Origin: an uncultured delta proteobacterium
GTDB lineage: Bacteria > Desulfobacterota > Binatia > UBA9968
Direction: 5' to 3'
Assembly: GCA_963760795.1 (NCBI GenBank)
Contig: CAVXEP010000016.1
Span: forward strand, 64,001 to 128,000
DNA: 64,000 bases
Below are positions 54,045-64,000 of this stretch, one piece after another. Positions within the stretch are counted from its first letter, which is position 1. Every line of letters begins with the position of its first letter. The notes beneath the pieces are model-generated. The model searched no databases and had not been told where the DNA came from. It saw only the letters and a list, made by a program, of their open reading frames with translations. The position numbers were made by a program, and so were the translations under genes.

Positions 54045-55491
54045 ATGCCTAAGAGTCTAAGAACCTTCCTTGACGACATGCGTCGAGCCTATCCGAGCGA
54101 GGTCGTGTCCGTATTCCAAGACCGTCAATCCGCTCACCTACGACATTACCGCCATCGTCAAGCAGCTTGGCGCACTGAAGAAATTCCCTGTGCTGATCTT
54201 CGAACACCCGCTCAATACTCATGGCAAGCCGACCGATATGAAGGTGGTCATGAGCGCGGAGAATTCGCAGAAGAAAATTCAGGTCGCATTGGGTTTGCCT
54301 GCGGAGATGAATCGCGCTGAGATGGCACGCGAGTGTTTGCGCCGGGAGGCGGGCAAGATCGGGCCGGTGATTGTCAGTAAAGATGCGGCGCCGGTGAAGG
54401 AGATTATTCAGACCGGCGAGCAAGTCGATCTCTACGAACTTCCGTTGCTCAAGCACCACGAGATGGATGGCGGGCCTTATCTCGACATGTCGAGCGTCGC
54501 GAATGACCGCAACAGCGGCGTCTACAACTGCTCCTATCACCGCATGGAAGTGAAGGATCGCAACCACACCGGCTTCTTGATGACGCTGCAGCATATGTGG
54601 CGGATTTTTCGCGGTTACGAAGAGGCTGGCGAGGAATGTCCGGTGGCGACCGTCATCGGCCATCATCCGGCCTATCAAATGGGCGCTTGCTACGGTGGGC
54701 CGTTCGACATCAGCGAGTACGACATCATCGGCGGTTACATGCAGGAGCCTCTGCGCTTGACGCCGTCGGAAACTTGGGGTGAACGACTGCTGGTACCGGC
54801 CGACGCTGAGATCGTCATCGAAGGGGCGCTGCTTCCCGGTAAGCGCATGGTCGAAGGACCGTTCGGCGAAGTGAATGGTTATCTCGGCGTGCAAGGCTAC
54901 CAGCAATCGGCACATTACGAAGTGCGCGCGATCACCCGGAGGCGCGGTGCGCTGCACACTTCGATCCTTACGCCCGAAGGGGACAAACCGTGGATGGATC
55001 TGGCGCGCGAGGGCGCTTACCTGCGCCGCGCTAGCGAAGCGGTGCCGAGCGTGCTGGCGGTCTGCACCAGCGGCAGGCATGCGCTGCTCAACGTTTTTAT
55101 TTCAATGAAAAAAATGTCCGAGGGCGATCCCGGCCGCGCCGCGGCGGCGGTGTTGACCTGGGACTGGTGCAAGAATGTCTTCGTCTTCGATGAAGACATC
55201 AACGTCTACGATCCCACGGAGATCCTCTGGGCGATCGCGACTAGAGTGCAGCCGCACCTGCAAGTGTCGATCATCAAGGAGATCATGCGTGGCAGCTTGA
55301 TCGACCCGTCCATGGTCGATGCGCGGAAGACTTCCGCGATGATCGTCGATGCCACCAAACCCTTGGACAGACCGTTCTCACCTGTGTCGAAATGCCCCGA
55401 CGACGCCATGGCGCGAATTCGCATTGAAGACTTTGTGCCGGGCGAAGTCCTGCAGCATATTCCCATCGACCGGACGACTTATTGGGCTTGA
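54045..55491 (+). CDS. UbiD family prFMN-dependent (de)carboxylase, frameshift near 54110
   Basis: MPKSLRTFLDDM start; DGGPYL, YHRMEV, VPADAEIVIEG, EGPFGE, WAIATRVQP, IVDATKP. Confidence 0.9.
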
Positions 55492-55493
55492 TA

Positions 55494-55592
55494 ATTCGTT
55501 CAAGGTTCAAGGGTTCAAAAGTCCAAGGCCGGATCGCCGAAGCTAGCGTGAACTTCCGATTGAACCTTGAACTTTTGAACCGTTGAACGAAT
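55494..55592. repeat. Palindrome of 7-8-bp GTTCAAG/CTTGAAC tandem units
   Basis: ATTCGTTCAAGGTTCAAGGGTTCAAAAG ... TTGAACCTTGAACTTTTGAACCGTTGAACGAAT. Confidence 0.8.
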
Positions 55593-55605
55593 AGTATTCT
55601 GAATT

Positions 55606-56607
55606 ATGTCCGGGATCTTCATCAGTTATCGCCGCGAAGACAGTGCGCCCTATGCTGGCCGGTTATGTGACCGGTTGAGCCAGCATTTTGGCGGGGACCG
55701 AGTTTTTATGGATGTCGATGACATTCCGCCGGGGACAGACTTCGCTGCACATATCAGCGCCAAGATTGGCGCTTGCGACGCGCTGCTAGCGGTGATCGGC
55801 AAACAGTGGCTCACCACTCGCAACAGTGGGGGCCAGTTGCGCCTTGGCGACCCCAACGATCTGGTCAGCCGCGAAATAGCGCTAGCCTTACAGCGCCGCA
55901 TCCTCGTCATTCCTGTGCTGGTCGAAGGTGCGAGCATGCCCAAAGCCGCCGAACTGCACAGTGATTTAAAGCCCTTGGCGCAGCGTAACGCAGTGATCAT
56001 TAGCGATCACGATTTTCAAGGTGATACCGCTAAGCTGATAAAGGCGCTCGAAGCGCTGCCGGCACTGCGCAAACAAACGCCGCAGGGTACCGATAACTGG
56101 AAAGCTGAATTGCGCCAACGGTTGCGGCGGCGGCTGGTGTGGAAGATTCCATTGATCATTTTGCTCGTCAGCTTCGCAATCTGGTGGCAGTGGCGAAACA
56201 ATGCCGACCCGCCCTTGAGCAGTGCCGAACAGGCGGCCGCCGACAAGAGCGCGGCGGCATTGTCTGGCACCTGGAGTGGCGATGTGACTTACCCATGGGG
56301 TGATAAGTACAGCGAAAGATTTCTGTTCACTGCCGAGGGAGCGAAGCTATTTGGCACAGCGACGTTCCTGGCTTCCAAGCGAGCAATCGAAGATGGGCGG
56401 ATCGTAGGCGCGACGATTCTATTCAAAGTCAGATACGAAGAAGTGAGCGGCGGCGACTCGCGCACCCGTTTGAACAGTTACGAGGGCACGCTCTCGGGAG
56501 ACCAGATTCAGCTGCGGGTCTTCGACGATAAAGGTAGCCCGCCGGTGGAATTCAGATTAGCCAGAAGCGCCGATGACGGCACGGCGGTCGATGCTGCCAA
56601 GCGATAA
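55606..56607 (+). CDS. TIR domain protein with one TM helix and C-terminal extracytoplasmic beta domain
   Basis: IFISYRREDS, VFMDVDDI, VIGKQW, VSREIALAL, IPVLV; TM IPLIILLVSFAIWW; C-terminal LSGTWSG beta-rich region. Confidence 0.88.
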   Translation: MSGIFISYRREDSAPYAGRLCDRLSQHFGGDRVFMDVDDIPPGTDFAAHISAKIGACDALLAVIGKQWLTTRNSGGQLRLGDPNDLVSREIALALQRRILVIPVLVEGASMPKAAELHSDLKPLAQRNAVIISDHDFQGDTAKLIKALEALPALRKQTPQGTDNWKAELRQRLRRRLVWKIPLIILLVSFAIWWQWRNNADPPLSSAEQAAADKSAAALSGTWSGDVTYPWGDKYSERFLFTAEGAKLFGTATFLASKRAIEDGRIVGATILFKVRYEEVSGGDSRTRLNSYEGTLSGDQIQLRVFDDKGSPPVEFRLARSADDGTAVDAAKR

Positions 56608-56676
56608 TCTTGAGCCAATGCCGCGCGCTTTGACTTGACCCCCAGGTAACCAGTCGATATTCTCGCCGATAATTTC

Positions 56677-57789
56677 ATGGATCAAGAAATAATCTCACGG
56701 CTAAAACAACGCGTCATCGCCGAGGGTCTCGACGCCATCGTTGCCATGTCGCCGGAAAATGTCACCTATGTTTCCGGTTTCGTCGTGCCGTCCCAGTCGC
56801 TGATGCGCTGGCGCCATGCGGCTTGTATTGTCACGGCGGACGGCAGGATTTCCATGGTCGCCATCGACATGGAGGCGACTACGGTAAAGGCTCACGCCGG
56901 CATCGACGATCTGCGGATTTATCGCGAGTTCAGCGACGATCCGATGGAAAAGCTGGCGGAGGCGTTAATAGATTTGAAGCTCGATCATGGCAAGGTCGCC
57001 ATCGAGATGGAGTTTTTACCGGCAAAGGATTTCGCCACGCTGCAAAAGCAGTTGCCGAGCGTGCACTGGATCGCTGCGGATTCGATTTTCAACAAGGCGC
57101 GGCAGATCAAGACGGCCGCCGAACTCGCGTTACTGCGCTCCCTGAGCAAGCTCACGGATAACGCGATCGGCACGGCGTTGCGCTCCGCCAAGATCGGCAT
57201 GAGCGAGATGGAGCTGGCGGGCACGTTGCTGACGACGCTGTTTGCCGGCGGCGCTGAGAGTTACAAGCTGATGATTATCGCTTCCGGCGAGCGCAGCGAG
57301 TTCCCCAACGTCGGACCGAGCGAGCGTAAGCTTAAACATGGCGACATCATTCGCATGGAAATCTTCGGCCAGAAGAGCGGCTACCTCACCGGCGTTTGCC
57401 GCACCGCGGTGGTTGGCGAGGCGACGCGTGAGCAGTACAAGATCTGGTCTAATTTGATCGAGTGCAAATATCTGGTCATGGATCTAATTAAACCCGGGGC
57501 GAGCTGCGCGGAAATCTACCGAAAGTTTCTTGAAAAGTTCAGCCAGCTGGGCTTCGCGCCGATCAGTTTCGTCGCCCATGGCATCGGCCTACACCTTCAT
57601 GAAGAGCCGTACATGGGGCGCTACGGCAATGAGATTGTCGAAGCCGGCATGGTCGGCGCTTTCGAACCTCTGGTTTACATTCCTGGGCGCTTCGGCATGC
57701 AGAACAAAGACATGTTTTGCGTGACTGACAAGGGCTGCGAGCTGCTTTCCGATGTGACACCGACAGATACTTTGTTGAGAGTGGGATAA
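56677..57789 (+). CDS. M24 (Xaa-Pro peptidase/creatinase) family protein
   Basis: ARQIKTAAE, AHGIGLHLHEEP, AFEP. Confidence 0.88.
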   Translation: MDQEIISRLKQRVIAEGLDAIVAMSPENVTYVSGFVVPSQSLMRWRHAACIVTADGRISMVAIDMEATTVKAHAGIDDLRIYREFSDDPMEKLAEALIDLKLDHGKVAIEMEFLPAKDFATLQKQLPSVHWIAADSIFNKARQIKTAAELALLRSLSKLTDNAIGTALRSAKIGMSEMELAGTLLTTLFAGGAESYKLMIIASGERSEFPNVGPSERKLKHGDIIRMEIFGQKSGYLTGVCRTAVVGEATREQYKIWSNLIECKYLVMDLIKPGASCAEIYRKFLEKFSQLGFAPISFVAHGIGLHLHEEPYMGRYGNEIVEAGMVGAFEPLVYIPGRFGMQNKDMFCVTDKGCELLSDVTPTDTLLRVG

Positions 57790-57870
57790 TGCCTTTTTTC
57801 AGCGACTTGAACATAGGTTTGGCCGTCGACCTGGCCTCTGCCGCAGCGGGCGAGTGGATTTCGGAGACAA

Positions 57871-59025
57871 ATGAAAATTACCAAGATCGAAACGATTCCA
57901 ATCCAGTTACCGACGCGGCGCGTGCACCAGTGGGCGAGTCTCACCACGCCGATCGGTGTTTATGTCATCATTAAGCTTCATACCGACGAGGGCTTGATCG
58001 GCCTCGGCGAAGCGCCGGTGTTGAAAGACTGGGGCGGCGATCATGGCAAGTATTTCGGCGAGACGCCGCAGACGACGGCGCATATCATCGGAGATATTCT
58101 CGCGCCGGCGTTGGCGGGCCAAGATCCCGGCCGTTTCGAATTGATTCACGCGCTGATGGATAAGGCGGTGAAGGGCTATCCATACTGTAAAGCCGCCATC
58201 GACGCGGCGCTCTATGATGTTGTCGGTAAGGCTCTCCATGTCCCGGCGTACCAATTGCTCGGCGGTTTGTATCGGGAGCGGATTCCGATTGCTCACAGCC
58301 TGGGTTTGATGGAGATCGAAAAGGCGGTGGACGAAGCGCTGCAGGCCAAGGCTGAAGGCGTGAAGACCATCAAGCTCAAGGGCGGCGTCGAGCACAAGCG
58401 CGACGTCGAGCTGGTCAAACAGATTCGTCAAGCGATCGGTCCTGACTTGAATATCTGTGTCGACGCCAACCAAGGTTATCCGACCGCCAAGACCGCGGTG
58501 AAGATCATTAGGGAGATGGAAATATATAACCTCCTCTACATGGAACAACCGGTGGAAGGCATCGATCAGATGGCCGAAGTGACGCGCCGCGTCGATACCC
58601 CGATCATGGCCGATGAAAGCGCCTGGACAGCGCAGGACGTTATCGAGATCATTCAGACGAAAGCCGCCGACGTGATTTCAATCTATACGACGAAACCGGG
58701 CGGAATGTTCAAGGGCAAAAAGGTCGCTGCCGTCGCCGAGGCGGCGGGTTTGAAATGCAACGTCAACGGTTCGGTGGAAACCGGAGTGGGCAATGCCGCC
58801 AACATCCATCTCGCGGCATCTACCGGCGTGGTGACCTACGGCTGCGTCGTGCCGGTGTCGACGCCGAAGGGCAAAGGCAAGGGTGGTATTGCCGGCATAT
58901 ACTATCAGGACGATATTATCACCGAAGCGTTCGACTTCGCCGACGGCGATGTCATCGTCTCGTCCAAGCCTGGACTCGGGATCGAGCTGGACGAAGATAA
59001 GATCAAGCATTACCGGGTGAAGTAG
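57871..59025 (+). CDS. Enolase superfamily, muconate cycloisomerase/epimerase subgroup
   Basis: KAAIDAALYD, KLK, VDANQ, EQP, ADES, PGLGIELD. Confidence 0.9.
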   Translation: MKITKIETIPIQLPTRRVHQWASLTTPIGVYVIIKLHTDEGLIGLGEAPVLKDWGGDHGKYFGETPQTTAHIIGDILAPALAGQDPGRFELIHALMDKAVKGYPYCKAAIDAALYDVVGKALHVPAYQLLGGLYRERIPIAHSLGLMEIEKAVDEALQAKAEGVKTIKLKGGVEHKRDVELVKQIRQAIGPDLNICVDANQGYPTAKTAVKIIREMEIYNLLYMEQPVEGIDQMAEVTRRVDTPIMADESAWTAQDVIEIIQTKAADVISIYTTKPGGMFKGKKVAAVAEAAGLKCNVNGSVETGVGNAANIHLAASTGVVTYGCVVPVSTPKGKGKGGIAGIYYQDDIITEAFDFADGDVIVSSKPGLGIELDEDKIKHYRVK

Positions 59026-59079
59026 GTTGCAACCTCTTTGATTGAGTCAATTAACGATATAACCGTACAAGGAAGTTCT

Positions 59080-59209
59080 GCCATGCCTGCGCAAGCCGGT
59101 ATCCAGGTGGGACACAGGGAACGAAGATGGATGCCGGCCTGCGCCGGCATGACGAGAGGAACGGAGCGTTGGCGCAGAACCTGAATTCCTGCGTGCGCGG
59201 GAATGACGA
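59080..59209. repeat. REP-like cluster (one left arm, two right arms)
   Basis: CATGCCTGCGCAAGCCGGTATCCA / TGGATGCCGGCCTGCGCCGGCATGACG / GAATTCCTGCGTGCGCGGGAATGACG; same family as the cargo of inserts A and B. Confidence 0.8.
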
Positions 59210-59250
59210 GCGGGAATGGATCGGTTCGGTAATTCCAATTCTCTAAATCT

Positions 59251-60357
59251 ATGACCATCAAGAAGATCGCGATCCTCGGCGCCGGCAACGGCGGCTGTGC
59301 GGCGGCTGCCGATCTAACGTTGCGCGGTTTTCAGGTCCGTTTATTCTCGCGCTCGGAAAGCACCACGGTCAAACTGGGCAAGCTGGGCGAAATTGAATTA
59401 ATCGAAGGCGGCGTGAGCAAGAAGGCCGCGCCGTTCTTCGTCAGCCCGCATTTGCCGCCGGTGGTGCGGGGCGTGGATCTCATCGTTGTCACCACTCCAG
59501 CGGTCGGCCACGAGTATTTAGCCAAGGGAATCGCCAACTACTTAACCGATGGTCAGAAGGTTCTTTTGAATCCCGGCCATACCGGCGGCGCACTGCATTT
59601 TGTCAACTTGTTGCGCCAAGCCGGTTGTGCGGCCGACGTGCAGCTTTGCGAGACGGTGACGCTCACTTACATTTGCCGCATGCCGCAGTTCGGCCGGGTG
59701 GAAGTCTACCGGCGCACGACCAACCTGCGTTGTGCGGCGTTCCCGGCTAAACACACGGCGGCATTGGTGGAAGAAATTCACAGCGTCTTTCCCAACGTGG
59801 TCCCGGCTGCCAATGTGATGGAGACGGGCTTCTCCAATATCAATGCGATCATGCATCCGGCGGGGATGCTTGGCAACGTGGGCTGGATCGAGAAGAGCGG
59901 CGGCGATTTTCTCTATTACCGCGAAGGTATCACGCCGGCGATCGGCGCCTGGATCGACGCCGTCGATCAGGAACGACTGGAAATTGTCCGTCGGCTTGGC
60001 TTGCAAGCGTTGCGCTTTGTCGACATTTTTCACCAGGCTGGGCTGACGACCGCTGAAGCGCGCGATACTGGTTCCGCATATCAGGCAATTCACAACAGCG
60101 AGCCTAACTTTACCATCAAAGCGCCGCCGTCGCTCGATCATCGCTATATTCGTGAAGATGTCGGCTACGGGCTGGTGCCGATGGCGGAGGTCGGCAAACT
60201 GCTGGGCGCCAGGAGCCCGGTGATGGACGCGCTGATCACGCTGGCGTCGACGGCGCTTGGCGTCGACTTTCGCCGGGACGGTTTGACCCTGGATAAGATG
60301 GGGCTCGCTGGCATAGCGCCGGAAGCGCTGCCGGCACTGCTTGCCGATGGCTTTTAG
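59251..60357 (+). CDS. NAD/NADP octopine/nopaline (opine) dehydrogenase family
   Basis: ILGAGNGG, LNPGHTGGAL, ETVTLTY, NINAIMHP, HRYIREDVGYGLVP. Confidence 0.9.
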   Translation: MTIKKIAILGAGNGGCAAAADLTLRGFQVRLFSRSESTTVKLGKLGEIELIEGGVSKKAAPFFVSPHLPPVVRGVDLIVVTTPAVGHEYLAKGIANYLTDGQKVLLNPGHTGGALHFVNLLRQAGCAADVQLCETVTLTYICRMPQFGRVEVYRRTTNLRCAAFPAKHTAALVEEIHSVFPNVVPAANVMETGFSNINAIMHPAGMLGNVGWIEKSGGDFLYYREGITPAIGAWIDAVDQERLEIVRRLGLQALRFVDIFHQAGLTTAEARDTGSAYQAIHNSEPNFTIKAPPSLDHRYIREDVGYGLVPMAEVGKLLGARSPVMDALITLASTALGVDFRRDGLTLDKMGLAGIAPEALPALLADGF

Positions 60358-60365
60358 GAGTTCTT

Positions 60366-61349
60366 ATGCGTGTCGGACTTTGCTTTGACGGCTTTTATTC
60401 GATCCAAGAGATGATCGAGTTGGCGCAACTGGCTGACGATATCAGCATGGATTCGATTTGGATGTCGGATCATCTATGCTTTCGCGATTCCTTTACCACC
60501 GCGATGGCGCTGCTCGCGTCCACCAATAAGATCAAAGTGGCGGCTGCGCCAGCGAGTCCCTACTCGCGCAATCCAATGATCACGGCGATGGCGATCGCGA
60601 CCATGGACGAATTCGCGCCGGGCCGAGTGATCGGCAGCCCCGGCACAGGCAACGCGGCGGCGCTCAAGGAAGCCGGCATGGAGTCGCCTCATCCGCTCCA
60701 GACCATGCGCGAGTATGTCGAGATTTTGCGTGGTTATTTGCAAGGCGACACCGTCAACTTTCACGGCAAGATGTTTCAGATCAACGGCGCCAAGATGGGT
60801 TTCACACCGTCGACGCCAATTAAAATGTATATCACCGCGGTGCGCTCACGCATGCTGCAATTGGGCGGCGAGATCGGCGACGGCGTTTTGCTCTCAGCGG
60901 GATGCGCCGCCGGTTACATTCGCAAGTGCGCCGATGATATCGCCGCTGGCGCTAAGAAAGGCGGCAAGTCCGCTGAGGATGTTGACGTCGCCGGTTTTGT
61001 TACCGCGGCGGTATCGGACAGCGTCAAGGAAGCGATCGAAGCCAACAAACATTTTCTTGCGTATATCTTTCGTAACGTGCACCACGCCGAGAATATTCGC
61101 CTCGGCGGCGGCCATGTCGATCAGGAAGGACTCGCCGCAGCGGTAGCAAAACGCGACTGGGAAGCGGCAAAGAAATTCATCAGTGACGAAGTAGTCTTCG
61201 CCCACTCGGTTGCGGGCACGCCAAGCGACTGCGCCAAACAGCTCGAAGCTTTCACCAAGGGTGGCCTCGATTTGCCGATCGTGCTGCCGACCGGAACTCA
61301 GGAGGCGCGCAAGCGCGTGGTGCGCATGGTGCGCGAGATTGTTGGATAG
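60366..61349 (+). CDS. LLM class flavin/F420-dependent oxidoreductase (Mer-like)
   Basis: SIWMSDH, PYSRNP, MLQLGGEIGDGV, VAGTP. Confidence 0.85.
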   Translation: MRVGLCFDGFYSIQEMIELAQLADDISMDSIWMSDHLCFRDSFTTAMALLASTNKIKVAAAPASPYSRNPMITAMAIATMDEFAPGRVIGSPGTGNAAALKEAGMESPHPLQTMREYVEILRGYLQGDTVNFHGKMFQINGAKMGFTPSTPIKMYITAVRSRMLQLGGEIGDGVLLSAGCAAGYIRKCADDIAAGAKKGGKSAEDVDVAGFVTAAVSDSVKEAIEANKHFLAYIFRNVHHAENIRLGGGHVDQEGLAAAVAKRDWEAAKKFISDEVVFAHSVAGTPSDCAKQLEAFTKGGLDLPIVLPTGTQEARKRVVRMVREIVG

Positions 61350-61429
61350 CTAATTGACTTGCTCAGAGAGGTTCACCTACGAATCTGTCATGCCGATTTG
61401 TCTAATGCACCCTAGGAGGTCGAGGTACC

Positions 61430-62435
61430 ATGTTGCAAGACTTTAAACTGTTGATCATGCTTGCGCTGCTGTTAGCTTCTGCCGTTGCAAGTCCGAGGGC
61501 AGGGCGTCAGCCTCGAGGCTGCCAAGAAGGAAGGCAAGGTCTTGGTCTACGGCACGATCATTCCCCAGGTGATGAAACTGATAGAGGCCGGCTTCGAAGC
61601 GAAGTATGGCGTCAACATCGAGTACTGGCGCGGCGATGCGACCAAGGTGGTCGACCGGGTTTTGACCGAATGGCGTGCCGGCAAACCGGGCTTCGATATG
61701 GTGATCGGCGCGCGCGGCCCATTGTCGCTGGCCAAAGCGGACGGGGTCTACGCTAAGTTTACCCCGGCAAGCGCGGCGAATTTTCCCGCCAAGTTTCGCG
61801 ACAAGGATGGCCAATTAACCGCATGGCGCGTTACCCCAGTGGGGATTCTCACCAATACCGACTTGGTAAAAGCCAACGACATGCCCAAGAGCTGGGACGA
61901 TCTGCTCGATCCCAAGTGGCAGGGCAAGATCACCATGCCTGACCCATCGCGCCACGCCAGCACGGCGACTTTTTTGTGGAACTTGCAGAAGATCAAAGGG
62001 GACAAGTGGATGGAATTCGTGCGGGCGCTAGCCAAGCAACGGCCGCTACTGGTCGAATCCTATTCGTCGGTGCCCAACGCCATCGTCCGTGGCGAGGCCG
62101 CGCTAGGCATTTCCTATATTCAATACGTGCCGCAGACCAAAGGGCCAATCGGCTTCGCACCCATCGATCAGATCCTCGCCGATCCGAGCGACTCGGCGAT
62201 TAGCGCCAAAGCCGCCAATCCCAATGCGGCGCGCTTCCTGGTCGATTATCTGTGTTCTCCCGAAGGTCAAAAGAAAGTCGCCGAGACTCATGAGTTCGTG
62301 CTTTCGCCCGGCGTCTATCCGGCGATCAAAGGCGCCGACCGGATCATGGCCAATTTGACCTTGCTCGAGGATCCGAGCTCCGAACAGCTGCAGAAACTCC
62401 TTAGCGATTTTCGCCAGTTGTTCATGGCTAAATAG
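61430..62435 (+). CDS. ABC solute-binding protein; frameshift after signal peptide
   Basis: AGGAGG RBS, MLQDFKLLIMLALLLA signal; AAKKEGKVLVYG, WDDLLDPKWQGKI, NPNAARFLVDYLCSPEGQ. Confidence 0.87.
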
Positions 62436-62516
62436 CCTTACACAATGACACCCCTGCTTGACTTAGCCGGGTACGGTCGATACGTTCGGCACGGTTCGGA
62501 TAAATTGGAGGAATCG

Positions 62517-63527
62517 ATGAAAAGCGGCAAGACACTTTGGCTACTGTTTCTCAGCTACTTCGCGCTCGGCGCTGCGCCGCTGTGGGCGCAAGCGGTCAAC
62601 GTCGAGGCGGCCAAGAAGGAAGGCAAAGTCGTCGTGTACGGAGCCCAGGTGCCTCAAGCCATGAAACCGCTGCACACCGCATTTGAAAAAAAATACGGTA
62701 TTACGGCCGAATATTGGCGAGGTTCGTCGACACAGGTTTCGGAACGGGCGCTGACCGAATGGCGGGCGGGTAAACCCGGCTTCGATGTCGTCGAAGGCAA
62801 TCGCGGAGTTCAGCTGATCATGCGCGACGACGGGCTATTCCAAAAATACATCCCGCCATCGTCTGAGAAATTTCCGGCCCAGTTCAAGGAAAAAGACGGC
62901 ATGATCACACCCTGGCGGGTGCTGCCAATCAGCATTTTGTATAACACGGATATGGTCAAGTCCGGCGATATTCCGAAAACCTTCGACGAGCTTGCGAGTC
63001 CCAAATGGACTCGCAAATTGACTATGCCCGATCCTACCCGGCACACCACGACGGCGCAGTTTCTGTGGAATCTGAGCAAGTTCAAAGGCGATAAATGGCT
63101 GGATCTCGTCAGAGCGCTGGCCAAACAACAACCGCTACTCGTCGAATCTTTGGCTCCGGTTACGACCACGATTATCAAGGGCGAGGCGCCGGTGGGCATT
63201 ACCTACATCAAATATGTAAAACAGTACAAAGGCCCGGTTGCCTACGCCTTTATGGACAAATATTTGACCGATCCGAATTATATGAGTCTAGGCGCCAAGG
63301 CGTCTCATCCGAACGCGGCGAAGTTATATCTTGAGTTTATATGCTCGGAGGAGGGCCAAAAACTGGTCGCCGAGGAAGGCGAGTTCGTGATGTATCCGGG
63401 AATTTTTCCGCCGATCAAAGACGCGGAGAAAGTCGCTCCCAATATGATTTTTATGGATAACCCATCCGAAGATGAGTTTAAAAAACTGATGAGCAACACC
63501 TTTCGGGAAATTTTCTTCGGCAAATAG
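62517..63527 (+). CDS. ABC solute-binding protein (tandem paralog)
   Basis: GGAGG RBS; signal peptide; AAKKEGKVVVYG, HPNAAKLYLEFICSEEGQ. Confidence 0.9.
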   Translation: MKSGKTLWLLFLSYFALGAAPLWAQAVNVEAAKKEGKVVVYGAQVPQAMKPLHTAFEKKYGITAEYWRGSSTQVSERALTEWRAGKPGFDVVEGNRGVQLIMRDDGLFQKYIPPSSEKFPAQFKEKDGMITPWRVLPISILYNTDMVKSGDIPKTFDELASPKWTRKLTMPDPTRHTTTAQFLWNLSKFKGDKWLDLVRALAKQQPLLVESLAPVTTTIIKGEAPVGITYIKYVKQYKGPVAYAFMDKYLTDPNYMSLGAKASHPNAAKLYLEFICSEEGQKLVAEEGEFVMYPGIFPPIKDAEKVAPNMIFMDNPSEDEFKKLMSNTFREIFFGK

Positions 63528-63562
63528 CTGGTAGCGGGATCGCTCTGAATCGATTGCAGCAC

Positions 63563-63616
63563 AAGAGGGCTGGCCTGTGCGCGATAGGCGCGCGCGGCCG
63601 GTCCTCTTTTTGTTTT
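63563..63616 (+). terminator. Stem-loop plus T tract between SBP and permease genes
   Basis: AAGAGGGCTGGCC...GGCCGGTCCTCTT followed by TTTGTTTT. Confidence 0.55.
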
Positions 63617-63626
63617 AGCGACATAA

Positions 63627-64000
63627 GTGAAAGACACGGCGTTAACTGATTCGGCGGCTCCGAGCCGACTTTTTGATCGCCCGCTGCGGGCATTTCGGCA
63701 GAATCCGCAGCTCGGGGTGGTCGTCTTTGTCGGCGTGGTGATCGCCTATCTGAGCCTCTCGCCGACGCTGATGCTTTTCTACGGCAGCTTTCGCAGCAAG
63801 CCGCTCGGCGTGCCGGGAGAGTTTACCCTGGCGCATTACGTCAGCGCGTACAGCGATCCGCTCACCTATCAGCTGTTGTTCAATTCGTTCGTCTTCGCCG
63901 GCGGTTCCGCCTTGCTTGCCACCGCATTGGCGGCGACATTGGCCTGGATCTCGATTCGCACCAACGCGCCGTTGCGCAGGCTCTTTGAAATAACCGCCAT
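63627..64000 (+). CDS. ABC transporter permease (FbpB/ThiP-like), runs off window
   Basis: GTG start; PTLMLFYGSF...FTLAHYVSAY...LLFNSFVFA...LAWISIRTNAPLR. Confidence 0.85.
   Translation, partial: MKDTALTDSAAPSRLFDRPLRAFRQNPQLGVVVFVGVVIAYLSLSPTLMLFYGSFRSKPLGVPGEFTLAHYVSAYSDPLTYQLLFNSFVFAGGSALLATALAATLAWISIRTNAPLRRLFEITA

Noticed and set aside
55606-56607. Thoeris or CBASS defence operon
   Set aside because: No SIR2/Macro ThsA, cyclase or other partner gene is adjacent

Overview
A GC-rich bacterial chromosomal segment. The gene content (five amidohydrolases, six ABC solute-binding proteins, Rieske/UbiD/LLM enzymes, Co-type nitrile hydratase) resembles Candidatus Binatia/Deltaproteobacteria; that assignment is inference. 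It encodes mostly catabolic and transport genes, plus housekeeping gor, trxA, comM/yifB, guaB and guaA, an FhlA-like sigma54 activator, a REP-associated tyrosine transposase (RAYT) and a membrane TIR protein. About a dozen genes carry single-base frameshifts, most likely long-read assembly errors. The most striking signal is non-coding. The intergenic DNA holds several families of periodic or palindromic repeats. At three loci (18391-18595, 30756-30992, 21713-21867) a 150-235 bp non-coding cassette sits at the same CT dinucleotide of the repeat arm ...CT|TCGTGGTGAA, with CT at both junctions, and empty copies of the target occur elsewhere in the window. This resembles IS110-type site-specific recombination of non-autonomous elements carrying REP-like hairpins. 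Other notable items are a sigma54 regulon with a repeated enhancer motif upstream of unannotated small proteins, and a candidate attenuator in the guaB leader. No rRNA, tRNA or CRISPR array was seen.
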